Shown here piece after piece: positions 37,001 to 46,053 of a stretch of 64,000 bases of DNA (position 1 is its first letter; each line of letters starts with the position of its first letter). The notes beneath the pieces are model-generated. The model searched no databases, was not told the origin of the DNA, and saw only the letters and a list, made by a program, of their open reading frames with translations. The position numbers and the translations under genes are program-made. The stretch lies in contig MEWB01000001.1 in assembly GCA_001773215.1 (NCBI GenBank), positions 395,052-459,051 of the forward strand. Reading direction: 5' to 3'. Source of the DNA: a candidate division WWE3 bacterium RIFOXYC1_FULL_40_10 (GTDB lineage: Bacteria; Patescibacteriota; WWE3; UBA101185; UBA10185).

Positions 37001-39133
37001 TCACTTTGCGCTAACCTTAGCTCCAGCCCTTACGTTGAATTTCACTCCACTCTTATCCCAGGTTACTTCCACGTTGTCTCCCTCACCTAATTCACCCTTA
37101 ATTATCTTTCCTGATAACACGTTATCAAGCTCCTTCTGGATTAGTCTTCTCAAGGGTCGGGCTCCGTATTCATCGCTATAGCCTTCGCTTGCGAAATATT
37201 TTACAGCCTTCTCATCCACGGTCAGGTCGATTCCTTGCTCTAAGATTAACTTTACAGTCTTTTGAACCATCCGTCTGGAGATTTCTTCAATATCCTTTGG
37301 TGATAAGCTGGTAAAGACGATTATTTCATCAATTCGGTTCAAGAATTCCGGTCTAAATGAATTCTTTAACAAGGAATCGATTTTTTTATGCGTATCGCTT
37401 TTTTCCACATTTTTATCTTTAGATTTGCGAGACCCCTTATCAAATCCAATCTCTTGTCTTCTTAGCAGGTCAGATCCCACATTTGAGGTCATTATTAAGA
37501 TAGTGTTTTTGAAGTCAACAGTCCTCCCTTTGCTGTCAGTAAGCCTTCCATCCTCCATAATTTGTAACAAGGCGTTAAACGTATCAGGATGGGCTTTTTC
37601 GATCTCGTCCAAAAGTATGACCGAAAAGGGCTTTCTCCTAACTATGTCTGTCAGTTGACCTCCCTGATCAAAGCCAATGTAACCCGGAGGCGCACCTATT
37701 AGCTTACTAACCGAATGCTTCTCCATGTACTCACTCATGTCTAAACGTACAACCATATCTTCGTTTCCATACAAAGACTCAGTTAATGCCTTAGCAAGCT
37801 CGGTTTTTCCAACTCCTGTAGGTCCTAAAAATAAGAAGCTCCCGATAGGTCTCTTGGGATCCTTTAAACCTGCTCTCGCGCGTCTTATCGCCTCTGCAAG
37901 TACACTCACAGCTTCCCCCTGGCCAACAATTCTTTGAGAAATCGTCTTTTCCAAATTTAACAATCTCTCTTTCTCCTTAACACTTAACTTCTCTAAAGGG
38001 ATGCCTGTGGCACGTGAAACTACTTTTACAACAGCATCCTCCCAAACAGTCGGAATATCTTCGAGCTTGGTTTTAGTCCAAATTTCGGTCAGTTCTTTTT
38101 TTACTTTTTCCAATTCCGATATTCTTTTTGAAATCTCTTTTTTGCGGTCCTCCCCCAGGTCAGATCTAAACTCCTCTTTTAGCTGCACAAGCTCTGCGGT
38201 AACCTCTCTCAGATTCTCCGGCTCTTTTACCTGAGACAGTCTCACCAATGCACTTGCTTCATCAATCAAGTCAATTGCCTTATCAGGCAAAAAGCGGTCG
38301 CTAACATATCTATCGCTCATTTTTACAGCAGCTGCTATTGCCTCATCAGATATTTTTACCTGATGATGTTTTTCATAATTTTCACGTAATCCATAAAGTA
38401 TCTTTACGGTGTCTTCAGTAGAAGGCTCTTCCACCATTACCGGCTGAAATCTTCTCTCTAGGGCCGCATCTTTTTCTATATGCTTACGATATTCGTCGAT
38501 TGTAGTGGCCCCCACCATTTGCAACTGTCCCCGCGATAGTGCGGGTTTTAAAATGTTTGCCGCATCCATACTACCTTCGGCACTACCAGCCCCTACAACA
38601 GTGTGTAACTCGTCTAAAAACATTATTATCTGCCCTTTTGCGTCGATCACTTCCTGAATGATGTCTTTGAGACGGGATTCAAACATACCTCTATGAGAAG
38701 TACCTGCCAAAACAGAGGCAAGATCTAACGCGAACACCCTTTTTCCTCTCAGCAACTCAGGTACCTGCCCGTCTACTATTCTTTGAGCCAAACCCTCAAC
38801 AATTGCTGTTTTACCTACTCCGGGATCACCGATTAATACGGGATTATTCTTTGTTCTTCGGGATAAAATGTGAACGACTCGCTCTATTTCATCTTTTCGA
38901 CCAATTACCGGGTCCAACAGGCCATCTTTAGCCATCTCAGTTAGATCTCTTCCAAACTTATCCAATTTTGATGCCTTATCTGTAGTCTGTTTTGTTAGCT
39001 CCTCGTAACACTCTTCACAAACAGCCATATATATCTGTTGTCCGTTAATGATTTGATTTATTGGAATTTTGGCGGGTTTCTGCCCGCATCGATGACACAT
39101 TACCATACAGAATATTTTAGCAGGAATATCCAT
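37001..39133 (-). CDS. ClpC/ClpB-family double-AAA+ chaperone ATPase with N-terminal zinc-ribbon
   Basis: Walker A GDPGVGKT (D1) and GPTGVGKT (D2), short coiled-coil linker. N-terminal CHRCG..CEECYEE replaces the usual Clp_N repeats. Confidence 0.85.
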   Translation of the reverse strand: MDIPAKIFCMVMCHRCGQKPAKIPINQIINGQQIYMAVCEECYEELTKQTTDKASKLDKFGRDLTEMAKDGLLDPVIGRKDEIERVVHILSRRTKNNPVLIGDPGVGKTAIVEGLAQRIVDGQVPELLRGKRVFALDLASVLAGTSHRGMFESRLKDIIQEVIDAKGQIIMFLDELHTVVGAGSAEGSMDAANILKPALSRGQLQMVGATTIDEYRKHIEKDAALERRFQPVMVEEPSTEDTVKILYGLRENYEKHHQVKISDEAIAAAVKMSDRYVSDRFLPDKAIDLIDEASALVRLSQVKEPENLREVTAELVQLKEEFRSDLGEDRKKEISKRISELEKVKKELTEIWTKTKLEDIPTVWEDAVVKVVSRATGIPLEKLSVKEKERLLNLEKTISQRIVGQGEAVSVLAEAIRRARAGLKDPKRPIGSFLFLGPTGVGKTELAKALTESLYGNEDMVVRLDMSEYMEKHSVSKLIGAPPGYIGFDQGGQLTDIVRRKPFSVILLDEIEKAHPDTFNALLQIMEDGRLTDSKGRTVDFKNTILIMTSNVGSDLLRRQEIGFDKGSRKSKDKNVEKSDTHKKIDSLLKNSFRPEFLNRIDEIIVFTSLSPKDIEEISRRMVQKTVKLILEQGIDLTVDEKAVKYFASEGYSDEYGARPLRRLIQKELDNVLSGKIIKGELGEGDNVEVTWDKSGVKFNVRAGAKVSAK

Positions 39134-39163
39134 TTTAGCAATGGGGTATTTTGAGTGCCAGCT

Positions 39164-39574
39164 TCACTTTGGCTGTTTTTTTTGGTACTTGTAATCTATT
39201 CCCCCTGCTCGCCTATTACCGGCATATGTGTGTTTCTTCATAAAGTCAGCGGGGAATCTTTCCTCAAACTCATTAAGCCTATCTATAACTGCTTTTTGTG
39301 AATCAACCTCAAAAACGCACGCCAGTTTGTATACGAGGTACATTAAATCCCCTATGCTATCCTCCAGCTCGAGTTTATTTTCACTCATCACTTTTTTTAA
39401 CAGGGTCTCGTCTTTTTCCAAATGTTTAACTATATTCCATGCCTCCCCTATTTCCTCAGTAAGGTTTAACAGAATCCCATACACCTGGTATTTCTCTCCC
39501 CAATTACGAGCACTAATAAATTTATTGATCCTTTTCTGCATTTCATCTATTTTTACACTACTTTTTTTTGGCAT
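39164..39574 (-). CDS. MazG-like all-alpha NTP pyrophosphohydrolase
   Basis: ISARNWGEKYQ..LLNLTEEIGEAWN..LELEDSIGDLMYLVYKLA matches the MazG/dCTPase-type EExxE..D metal-binding helices. Confidence 0.65.
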   Translation of the reverse strand: MPKKSSVKIDEMQKRINKFISARNWGEKYQVYGILLNLTEEIGEAWNIVKHLEKDETLLKKVMSENKLELEDSIGDLMYLVYKLACVFEVDSQKAVIDRLNEFEERFPADFMKKHTYAGNRRAGGIDYKYQKKQPK

Positions 39575-40757
39575 ACACTGAATTTACCCTTTTAGTTCCT
39601 TTGTTCTCAAAACTAATTACTTGAAACCCAGTTTTCTTGAGCATCTTTTTGACACCCGCTATTGAGTATATACTCTTTTCTCTACTCATATCTCCCTCGG
39701 TTTTTCCAACCTTTTGGATAAAATCTAAAATAAGCGTGCCATTATTATTCAGCAAGCGGTATGCCTCCCTAACAAGCTTGTCGGAAGAATACTTTAAATG
39801 AGATAACAAAACTCCTCTGCTCACAATCAGATCGAAACTATTAACAGGTAGTGCTGTGTCAGCTGCATCTCCTACAAGGTACCCAATCTTTGGCGTTAGT
39901 TTTTTGGCAACGGCAATCATTTCTGGCGCAATATCAATTCCGGTGACTGATTTTGTAATTTTGGCCGACAAAAGGTGCCTGGCCACAATTCCTGTGCCGC
40001 ATCCCAGATCCAGTGCCTTTCTAAAAGTGGTCTTCCTACACACCTTTTCTACAAACCGGAGGAACCTTTTATAGCCCTTTTCAATGTTTACGTAGTGGGC
40101 CGAATTCTTGACATCTTTCTCCCAGGAACCAGCATGCTCCCCCCACTTTTTTTCGGAAATAATGTTAAGCATCTTTTCGAACTCGCATTCATACACGTGT
40201 AGGGACATAATGAAAATTGTAAAATCACCGGACTGAAGTTTAAGTTTTTTTGCAACTTGGTTGTGAATTTCCGATAATTTATATAAATCCGGGGGGAGCT
40301 TTTTTAGTGCGTCCATACTGCGCGATGCCACCGACATTACAAGTCTTCCATCTCTAATCATAAAGTTAAGCCCCCATACGCAAGGCACATGCTCATACGC
40401 AGTTTTTGGATCGATAAGTGTGACTATAGCTGATTTAGACCATGGGTTTTTTTTCAACTTCTTCACAACCAAATCGAGTTGGTCTATTCCATCGAAACTA
40501 TGTATATTCTTATAGTAGTACCCCTTCTCGAAGATGGCCTTAACAAACTCAAAGTGCTTTGAACCCATTTTCTCTAAATACCACGAAAGCTCAGCTCTAT
40601 CCGATTTATTACCGCAAACGCTTATTTTCATGTTTCGAAGTTCCAAAAGCTTTTCATCACCGTCGATGATTTCGCGGCCATATTTGAACAAGGCTCTTAA
40701 AGCTTTGTACCAGGCATCACTAAGGTTATTCGCTTTGTAATTAAGGTAGTCTTCCAT
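39558..40757 (-). CDS. thymidylate-synthase-like (pyrimidine C5 hydroxymethylase/methylase fold) fused to a class I SAM-dependent methyltransferase
   Basis: N-terminal half aligns by eye to ThyA: IDQLDLVVKKLKKNPWSKSAIVTLIDP, catalytic Cys in VPCVWGLNFMIRDGRLVMSVASRSMDALKKLPPD, and ..FIMSLHVYE. C-terminal half has LDLGCGTGIVARHL and DLIVSRGVLLSHL. Confidence 0.75.
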   Translation of the reverse strand: MEDYLNYKANNLSDAWYKALRALFKYGREIIDGDEKLLELRNMKISVCGNKSDRAELSWYLEKMGSKHFEFVKAIFEKGYYYKNIHSFDGIDQLDLVVKKLKKNPWSKSAIVTLIDPKTAYEHVPCVWGLNFMIRDGRLVMSVASRSMDALKKLPPDLYKLSEIHNQVAKKLKLQSGDFTIFIMSLHVYECEFEKMLNIISEKKWGEHAGSWEKDVKNSAHYVNIEKGYKRFLRFVEKVCRKTTFRKALDLGCGTGIVARHLLSAKITKSVTGIDIAPEMIAVAKKLTPKIGYLVGDAADTALPVNSFDLIVSRGVLLSHLKYSSDKLVREAYRLLNNNGTLILDFIQKVGKTEGDMSREKSIYSIAGVKKMLKKTGFQVISFENKGTKRVNSVYAKKK

Positions 40758-40762
40758 ATAAG

Positions 40763-41386
40763 TTATTTGGAAATTACATCAAGATAATCTTTATATTTAT
40801 CATCCTGATAAGTTATCCTATCTTGAATTGATTCTCTCAATATATCGGCTTTACTTTTTTTATAATTGTAAGAAGCCCAGTCTAGGTATTTTTCGAGTTT
40901 TTTATCAATGAAAAAGTTAAAGCGTATCTTTTCTCCTCCGCTTTCGTTTTCTCTAAAAAAGAGAATCATTATGTCCTTTAGAGTAGTCTTGTTATATTTG
41001 CGCATAGTTATTAAATCAGAATCTAACCCGGAAATAAATGAGTCTTTTAAATCCCTCTGGCTATCCTCCGACCATAGTATTAGAACAGGTTTTCTCCTCT
41101 CGATGGCAAGGGAGATTTGGTAACCGATCGAAAAGCTTGGTACAGTTGCTTCAAACACAACAGCATCACAGGCCAGTACTGCTTTGGAAACCTCGTGAAA
41201 TACTTCCTTCCATGGTAACTTTTCACACTTATCTGCCGATTTTTTACTGTCTGTATACTCCAAGGCAACATCAATCCAATCTCTAACCAATGTGTGACCT
41301 AACTCGCTAATGAGAGAGTTTATCAAAATGTAATTTTCCTTATATTTATCTATCTGGGCGGTAGAGCATGCAAAATTTACTTTCAT
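40763..41386 (-). CDS. nucleoside 2-deoxyribosyltransferase / Rcl / MilB-like N-glycosidase-fold protein with C-terminal extension
   Basis: CDAVVFEATVPSFSIGYQISLAIERRKPVLILW closely parallels the Rcl/NDT core (DxxxAEVTxPSxGxGYExG...KPI). Confidence 0.6.
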   Translation of the reverse strand: MKVNFACSTAQIDKYKENYILINSLISELGHTLVRDWIDVALEYTDSKKSADKCEKLPWKEVFHEVSKAVLACDAVVFEATVPSFSIGYQISLAIERRKPVLILWSEDSQRDLKDSFISGLDSDLITMRKYNKTTLKDIMILFFRENESGGEKIRFNFFIDKKLEKYLDWASYNYKKSKADILRESIQDRITYQDDKYKDYLDVISK

Positions 41387-41560
41387 ATCCGAATCCTATT
41401 GACTAAATTGTTACACATGATATATGTAATACATAATAGCTATGTATACGTACCCTATACATAATTACATACACTTCATTTTATACCACATAAATACTCT
41501 GTCTCGCAAACCTCCTTGAATTAACTCTAAAAATGTAACAAATTTCTGTGAGGATTTATT
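41387..41560. promoter_or_regulatory. divergent intergenic region with TATGTATA(N7)TATACATA inverted repeat and multiple ATGTA/TACAT half-sites (operator-like)
   Basis: Read directly: ..atatgtaatacataatagcTATGTATAcgtacccTATACATAattacataca.. Confidence 0.35.
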
Positions 41561-42817
41561 ATGAATTTTAAAAACTTAATATTAATCGACATAGGTACAA
41601 CCACTGTTAAAGCCTATAAGTACTCAGACAAGCTTATACCCTTAGAACAAATCAGTCTCCACTTTAAGCAGGATTTCTCGCCCGAACAAGGGATAACCAA
41701 GGAAAAAGAGCGCGAATTGTTTAAATTTATTGAAAAATTAAAGGCTAAAAACGAAGATACCCCTATCAAAGTCTATGCCACCTCTGTGTTTAGGAAAATG
41801 GACCCCAAAACACAAAAAGCTTTCACAGATAGATTCTTTAATAACACAGGTATCTTCTTCAATATAGTACCCCACGACTTAGAAAATTTCTATCTCCAAA
41901 CTAGTTTAATTGGCAAATATACATCTGCCGATCCTGTTATGCTCATTAACATAGGTGGAGGATCTACCGAGCTGGTTGTACTTGAGAATCGTAAAATAGT
42001 TGAAACTCACAACATAGATTTAGGGGTAGGTGCAGTGTTAGAAAAACACCCTGAAATAAATAAGGAAATTTCCGGGATATTTCTTGACGAGTTAACGCAA
42101 GAAGTAAAATTACAACTGCCGGAGATTGTATCAAAACCCAAAGTTGCATTTTATACCGGAGGAGAACTATCTTATATGAAACTGGCTGAATACCCGTTGA
42201 AAAGCAACTCGCTTTTCGAGGACCCCGACCATCCATACGTAATAGAAACAGCTCAATTTGCTCGAAAGAACAAGGAAGTATTCGAATACATCAGGCTGGA
42301 GACCTTAGAAAAACTGATGCCGGAAAACCCTAAGTGGATGGCCGGAGCACGACCATGTAGTGCAATAGCTCAAGCAATTTGCCAAAAGTATAACATCGAA
42401 TCATTGATACCTTCTGACTCAAACCTGATTAATGGTGTAGTACGACAGGAATTTAGGAAAGTTACCTTAAGCGGAAGCTTTAGAAAGCATCTTGACTATA
42501 TACTAACTATTAAACGGTCTCTGGAGCAGACTAAGATCGAAATACTAAGCCCAAGATTCACCGAACCAAAGAACCCTGGAGAGGAGTTTGTGGTATTTAC
42601 CGGGGAAGAGAATATGACTCCTTTGGATCTCGAGAGACATCATTTGAGATCTATCGAAAACTCAGACGCTTTAATTGTGTGTGACAAGGAAGGTTATGTT
42701 GGTGCATCAGCAATGATTGAAATCGGATATGCGCAGTCTTTCGGGAAAAGAGTCATTTTCGCCGAGCCCCCAGAAGAATTTATGTTAAAGACATTGCCGG
42801 CTGAAATTGGAATATAG
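41561..42817 (+). CDS. fusion of Ppx/GppA-type (ASKHA-fold) phosphatase domain and C-terminal nucleoside 2-deoxyribosyltransferase/Rcl-like domain
   Basis: N-terminal LILIDIGTTTVKAYKY and VYATSVFRKMD. C-terminal DALIVCDKEGYVGASAMIEIGYAQSFGKRVIF parallels the Rcl/NDT core. Confidence 0.55.
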   Translation: MNFKNLILIDIGTTTVKAYKYSDKLIPLEQISLHFKQDFSPEQGITKEKERELFKFIEKLKAKNEDTPIKVYATSVFRKMDPKTQKAFTDRFFNNTGIFFNIVPHDLENFYLQTSLIGKYTSADPVMLINIGGGSTELVVLENRKIVETHNIDLGVGAVLEKHPEINKEISGIFLDELTQEVKLQLPEIVSKPKVAFYTGGELSYMKLAEYPLKSNSLFEDPDHPYVIETAQFARKNKEVFEYIRLETLEKLMPENPKWMAGARPCSAIAQAICQKYNIESLIPSDSNLINGVVRQEFRKVTLSGSFRKHLDYILTIKRSLEQTKIEILSPRFTEPKNPGEEFVVFTGEENMTPLDLERHHLRSIENSDALIVCDKEGYVGASAMIEIGYAQSFGKRVIFAEPPEEFMLKTLPAEIGI

Positions 42818-42911
42818 CTCAATGCGGGCCGCAATACGCGGCCTGCCCCCCTATTTTAGATCGTGCGAATTTAGTATAGTATTACTACACATTAGCTAAA
42901 GGAGGCTTACT

Positions 42912-43256
42912 ATGGCAAACCTAATGCACCTAAGTCGGAAGGCATTTGAGCAGGTTATAGCGAAGGCTAAAACAGTTGAAATTCGAGTTAACGACCAAAA
43001 GCGAAGATTGTTGCGTGTAGGAGACATCATCACATTCGTCAACTGCTCTAATCAAGCAGATACAATATCTGTAGTAGTAACAAAGCTTGCAGTAATGGAT
43101 CTGTTTGTAGACCTATTCAGAGAAGTACTCCCTTCACTAGCAGGATGGCCGGCCGGAACCTCACCAAGAGACGCTGCTATCGCAATGCAATATTATTATA
43201 CCCTTGAAGAGGAAAGAGAATTCGGAGTGGTCGCCATTTTCTTTGAAAGAGTTTAG
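42912..43256 (+). CDS. ASCH (PUA-like) domain protein
   Basis: About 114 aa. TVEIRVND..GDIITFV beta-barrel pattern typical of ASCH; low-complexity call. Confidence 0.45.
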   Translation: MANLMHLSRKAFEQVIAKAKTVEIRVNDQKRRLLRVGDIITFVNCSNQADTISVVVTKLAVMDLFVDLFREVLPSLAGWPAGTSPRDAAIAMQYYYTLEEEREFGVVAIFFERV

Positions 43257-43303
43257 CACTGCGAGTTACATACCCCTCAAACAAACATTGGGGGGTAATT
43301 TGT

Positions 43304-45133
43304 TTAATGCTCCCAAACATCACCAACAAAGGGCTCCGAAGCTAGCGGAACTTTTTTGATAAATATTTCACCTGCCCTTATCATATCGTTAGACAAAACA
43401 TGAGAAAATTCCTCAGCTTGATCTTCCCTAACTTCACACACTATTTCGTCATGTACAGTATGGGTAATTCCCCCATCGTACTGGCCACTTTTAAACCTTT
43501 CTTGAACAAAAACCAAGGCATACTTTATTGCATCAGCGTTTGTACCCTGAATAGGATGGTTTTTTGCCTGTCTTTGAATTCTGCTTATTTTTTTTCTATA
43601 TTCAGGATCGGATTTTTCCGGTAATTTGTACCATCTTTTTCTTCCCGCCGGAGTCATACTGTACCCATGCACAATGGCATCCTTAGCCTGTTTATCCAGC
43701 CATTTACGGACGCTTGGGTAAGACTGGAAATATTTCTCCATATATTGTTCTGCATCCTCAGGGGTTACATCAATTTGCCTAGCTAAGCTTCCGGCACCCA
43801 TTCCATACATTAATCCAAAATTAATAGCTTTCGCCGCCTGTCGCTTGTCTGGATATTTCTTTTTAAAATCATCCGTGTATTCCAAACCAAACATTAGCGC
43901 CGCGGTATAAGAATGTAAATCAAGTCCGTCTTTAATGGCCTTAATAAACTTTTCATCTCCCGACAAATCAGCTAATATTCTCATTTCCATCGAAGAATAA
44001 TCCGAAACTACCATTTTGTACCCGGGTTTGGGGTTGAAACAAGTTCTGAAGGAGGCAGTTCTGCCTGCGGGTATTTGCTGAAGGTTAGGTTTGTTACAAG
44101 AAAATCTGCCCGTTGCCGCGCCCATTTGATTAAATTCCGGGTGCACTCTATTTGTTTTTGGATTTACTAATTCTAAAAAGGATTCCCCGAATGCGGATAA
44201 CAGCTTCTCGCTTTGCCTGTAATTTAACAGAATCTGAGCAATCGGATGCTTTTGTTCTTCTAGGATCTCAACTCCCGTCGATGGGATATTTAATTTCAAT
44301 TTGTTGTTAAACAAATCCATCAATTGTTGCTGACTATTCAGGTTTATAGCCGGAGCAGTACCACCAAATAGGTTAAATTGCGCGGTGGGAAAGTAGGGTT
44401 TTATTGCCTCATAAAATTCAGCCATAGCTTTGTCTCTATCTACACGGATAATATCCAATATTTCGTGCCATTTCTTGCGATCCACGTAAATACCTCGATA
44501 CTCCATTTCAGCAACCACACTTGTTGTGGCAAACTCCAGCTTGGCAACATTCAACACGTTTTCCTTCTTCAGCTTTTGCAGCTGCTGCTCAAATATCGGA
44601 AAAAGCACAAGCGTATCTTTAGCACCATATTTAAGTTGCTCTTCAGTGAAATGCGCATGCTGCTGACCAGCAAAAGATTTACGAATATCCTTGTTCATAT
44701 CAATTCCGGCGTAAGCTTGGGCAAGTGAAAGTAAACTAAAATAGCCCGAGCCCAACCCTGCTGTTAAAACTGCCTCCGCCAACATGGTATCGTATATGTT
44801 TTCCATAGCAACACCCGTAAAATGCTTTATCCATTTATAATCAAACTTGGCGTTATGTAATATTTTAATAACTTTCTTGTTTGTTAATAACTCAGAAAAT
44901 CCATGTATTTCCCCCAAATGAAGTATCCGGGCGTCAAACACGTAACTAATTGTTTCAGTGCCAATTTGTACAGTTAGCAAGGCACCTAAGTATGGGTCCG
45001 TATGTGTGGTTTCAACGTCAACCCCAACTGCTTTCTCCGAAATTAATGCTTTTAATGCTTCTACCGCCCGAGCAGTGTCGGTAATAAACTCGTATTTTGG
45101 CTCATTTGGATCAAATTTTAGTACATAGGGCAT
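43304..45133 (-). CDS. polA: DNA polymerase I, Klenow-like (3'-5' exonuclease + polymerase, no 5'-nuclease domain)
   Basis: Exo I VGVDVETT. Motif A DYSSMEMRILADLSGD, motif B KAINFGLMYGMG, motif C HTVHDEIV. 609 aa. Confidence 0.9.
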   Translation of the reverse strand: MPYVLKFDPNEPKYEFITDTARAVEALKALISEKAVGVDVETTHTDPYLGALLTVQIGTETISYVFDARILHLGEIHGFSELLTNKKVIKILHNAKFDYKWIKHFTGVAMENIYDTMLAEAVLTAGLGSGYFSLLSLAQAYAGIDMNKDIRKSFAGQQHAHFTEEQLKYGAKDTLVLFPIFEQQLQKLKKENVLNVAKLEFATTSVVAEMEYRGIYVDRKKWHEILDIIRVDRDKAMAEFYEAIKPYFPTAQFNLFGGTAPAINLNSQQQLMDLFNNKLKLNIPSTGVEILEEQKHPIAQILLNYRQSEKLLSAFGESFLELVNPKTNRVHPEFNQMGAATGRFSCNKPNLQQIPAGRTASFRTCFNPKPGYKMVVSDYSSMEMRILADLSGDEKFIKAIKDGLDLHSYTAALMFGLEYTDDFKKKYPDKRQAAKAINFGLMYGMGAGSLARQIDVTPEDAEQYMEKYFQSYPSVRKWLDKQAKDAIVHGYSMTPAGRKRWYKLPEKSDPEYRKKISRIQRQAKNHPIQGTNADAIKYALVFVQERFKSGQYDGGITHTVHDEIVCEVREDQAEEFSHVLSNDMIRAGEIFIKKVPLASEPFVGDVWEH

Positions 45134-45266
45134 ATGAACAGTTAAATTAAACCATATTTTTACTCAAATAAGTCAAGTTCAAAAAACCCGACTATGGGTC
45201 GAAATTAAACTCGTTTCGTGATAAGATACTCCAAGCTAATAAAACTATCATGATAGGAGGCTAAAA

Positions 45267-46016
45267 ATGAGCAGGCTCACGAAAGGGTTATTCAGTAGTG
45301 ATGAAAGAGTTTCTCTTCTGAGGAAGGAGCTGTTTGGTGATAAACTGAAACATTTTGGCAAACTGCTTAACATAAGATTTCCAAACATGGCTCTCAAAGC
45401 ACTCGCAGAGCTGGGAATTTCTCACTTCGCACAGGGTGTCTTAATTAAAAACCGAGATCTGTTCGAGTTTTCATTTGATGGCTTCGATATGGATTGCTTT
45501 AGCTTTGCCCTTAATGGAAGCGCGATTGGGCTTGTTGAGATCAACAACAACCCAGTTATAGCCTGCAAGGAGCTCGCCGCAGACATAGCAGCCATAGTAA
45601 GTGGAATCGCCCTTCGACAAGAAACGGACTTGGTGATTTGCAGTAACTGTGGTGGCAAGCCAGGCGACGTAAGCAGGGAATATTACTGCCCAGGCTGTGG
45701 CGGAGCAGACACATGGAAACTGAAGGATCCGATCACTTCGGGCATGGCACCTATTCCATCATCGTTTTTGAATTTGCTAAATGTGCACGAAATTCAATTG
45801 GTTGACGCTCAGCGGCCTCATCATACAGAAGAACCAGAATACTGCGCAAAGTGCCGTAAAGTGCTAGACAACCTTTACACCGGAATCGATATCATTTATT
45901 ACGATCCGCAAAAAGGATGGGTGGTTGAAGCATCGGCCAAAGGGCTCCATTTCACAGTGTGTCGTGATTGCAGTAAAGAGTTGGAAGGTACGCACAACAC
46001 CGGGTGGGTGACTTAA
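45267..46016 (+). CDS. Cys-rich hypothetical protein (two CxxC..CxxC zinc-ribbon-like pairs)
   Basis: Strong SD ATAGGAGGCTAAAAATG. CSNCGG..CPGCGG and CAKCRK..CRDCSK. G+C-richer. Confidence 0.5.
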   Translation: MSRLTKGLFSSDERVSLLRKELFGDKLKHFGKLLNIRFPNMALKALAELGISHFAQGVLIKNRDLFEFSFDGFDMDCFSFALNGSAIGLVEINNNPVIACKELAADIAAIVSGIALRQETDLVICSNCGGKPGDVSREYYCPGCGGADTWKLKDPITSGMAPIPSSFLNLLNVHEIQLVDAQRPHHTEEPEYCAKCRKVLDNLYTGIDIIYYDPQKGWVVEASAKGLHFTVCRDCSKELEGTHNTGWVT

Positions 46017-46053
46017 AGTAGTAGAAAGAGAGATTAAGAGGGTAAGCCGTATG

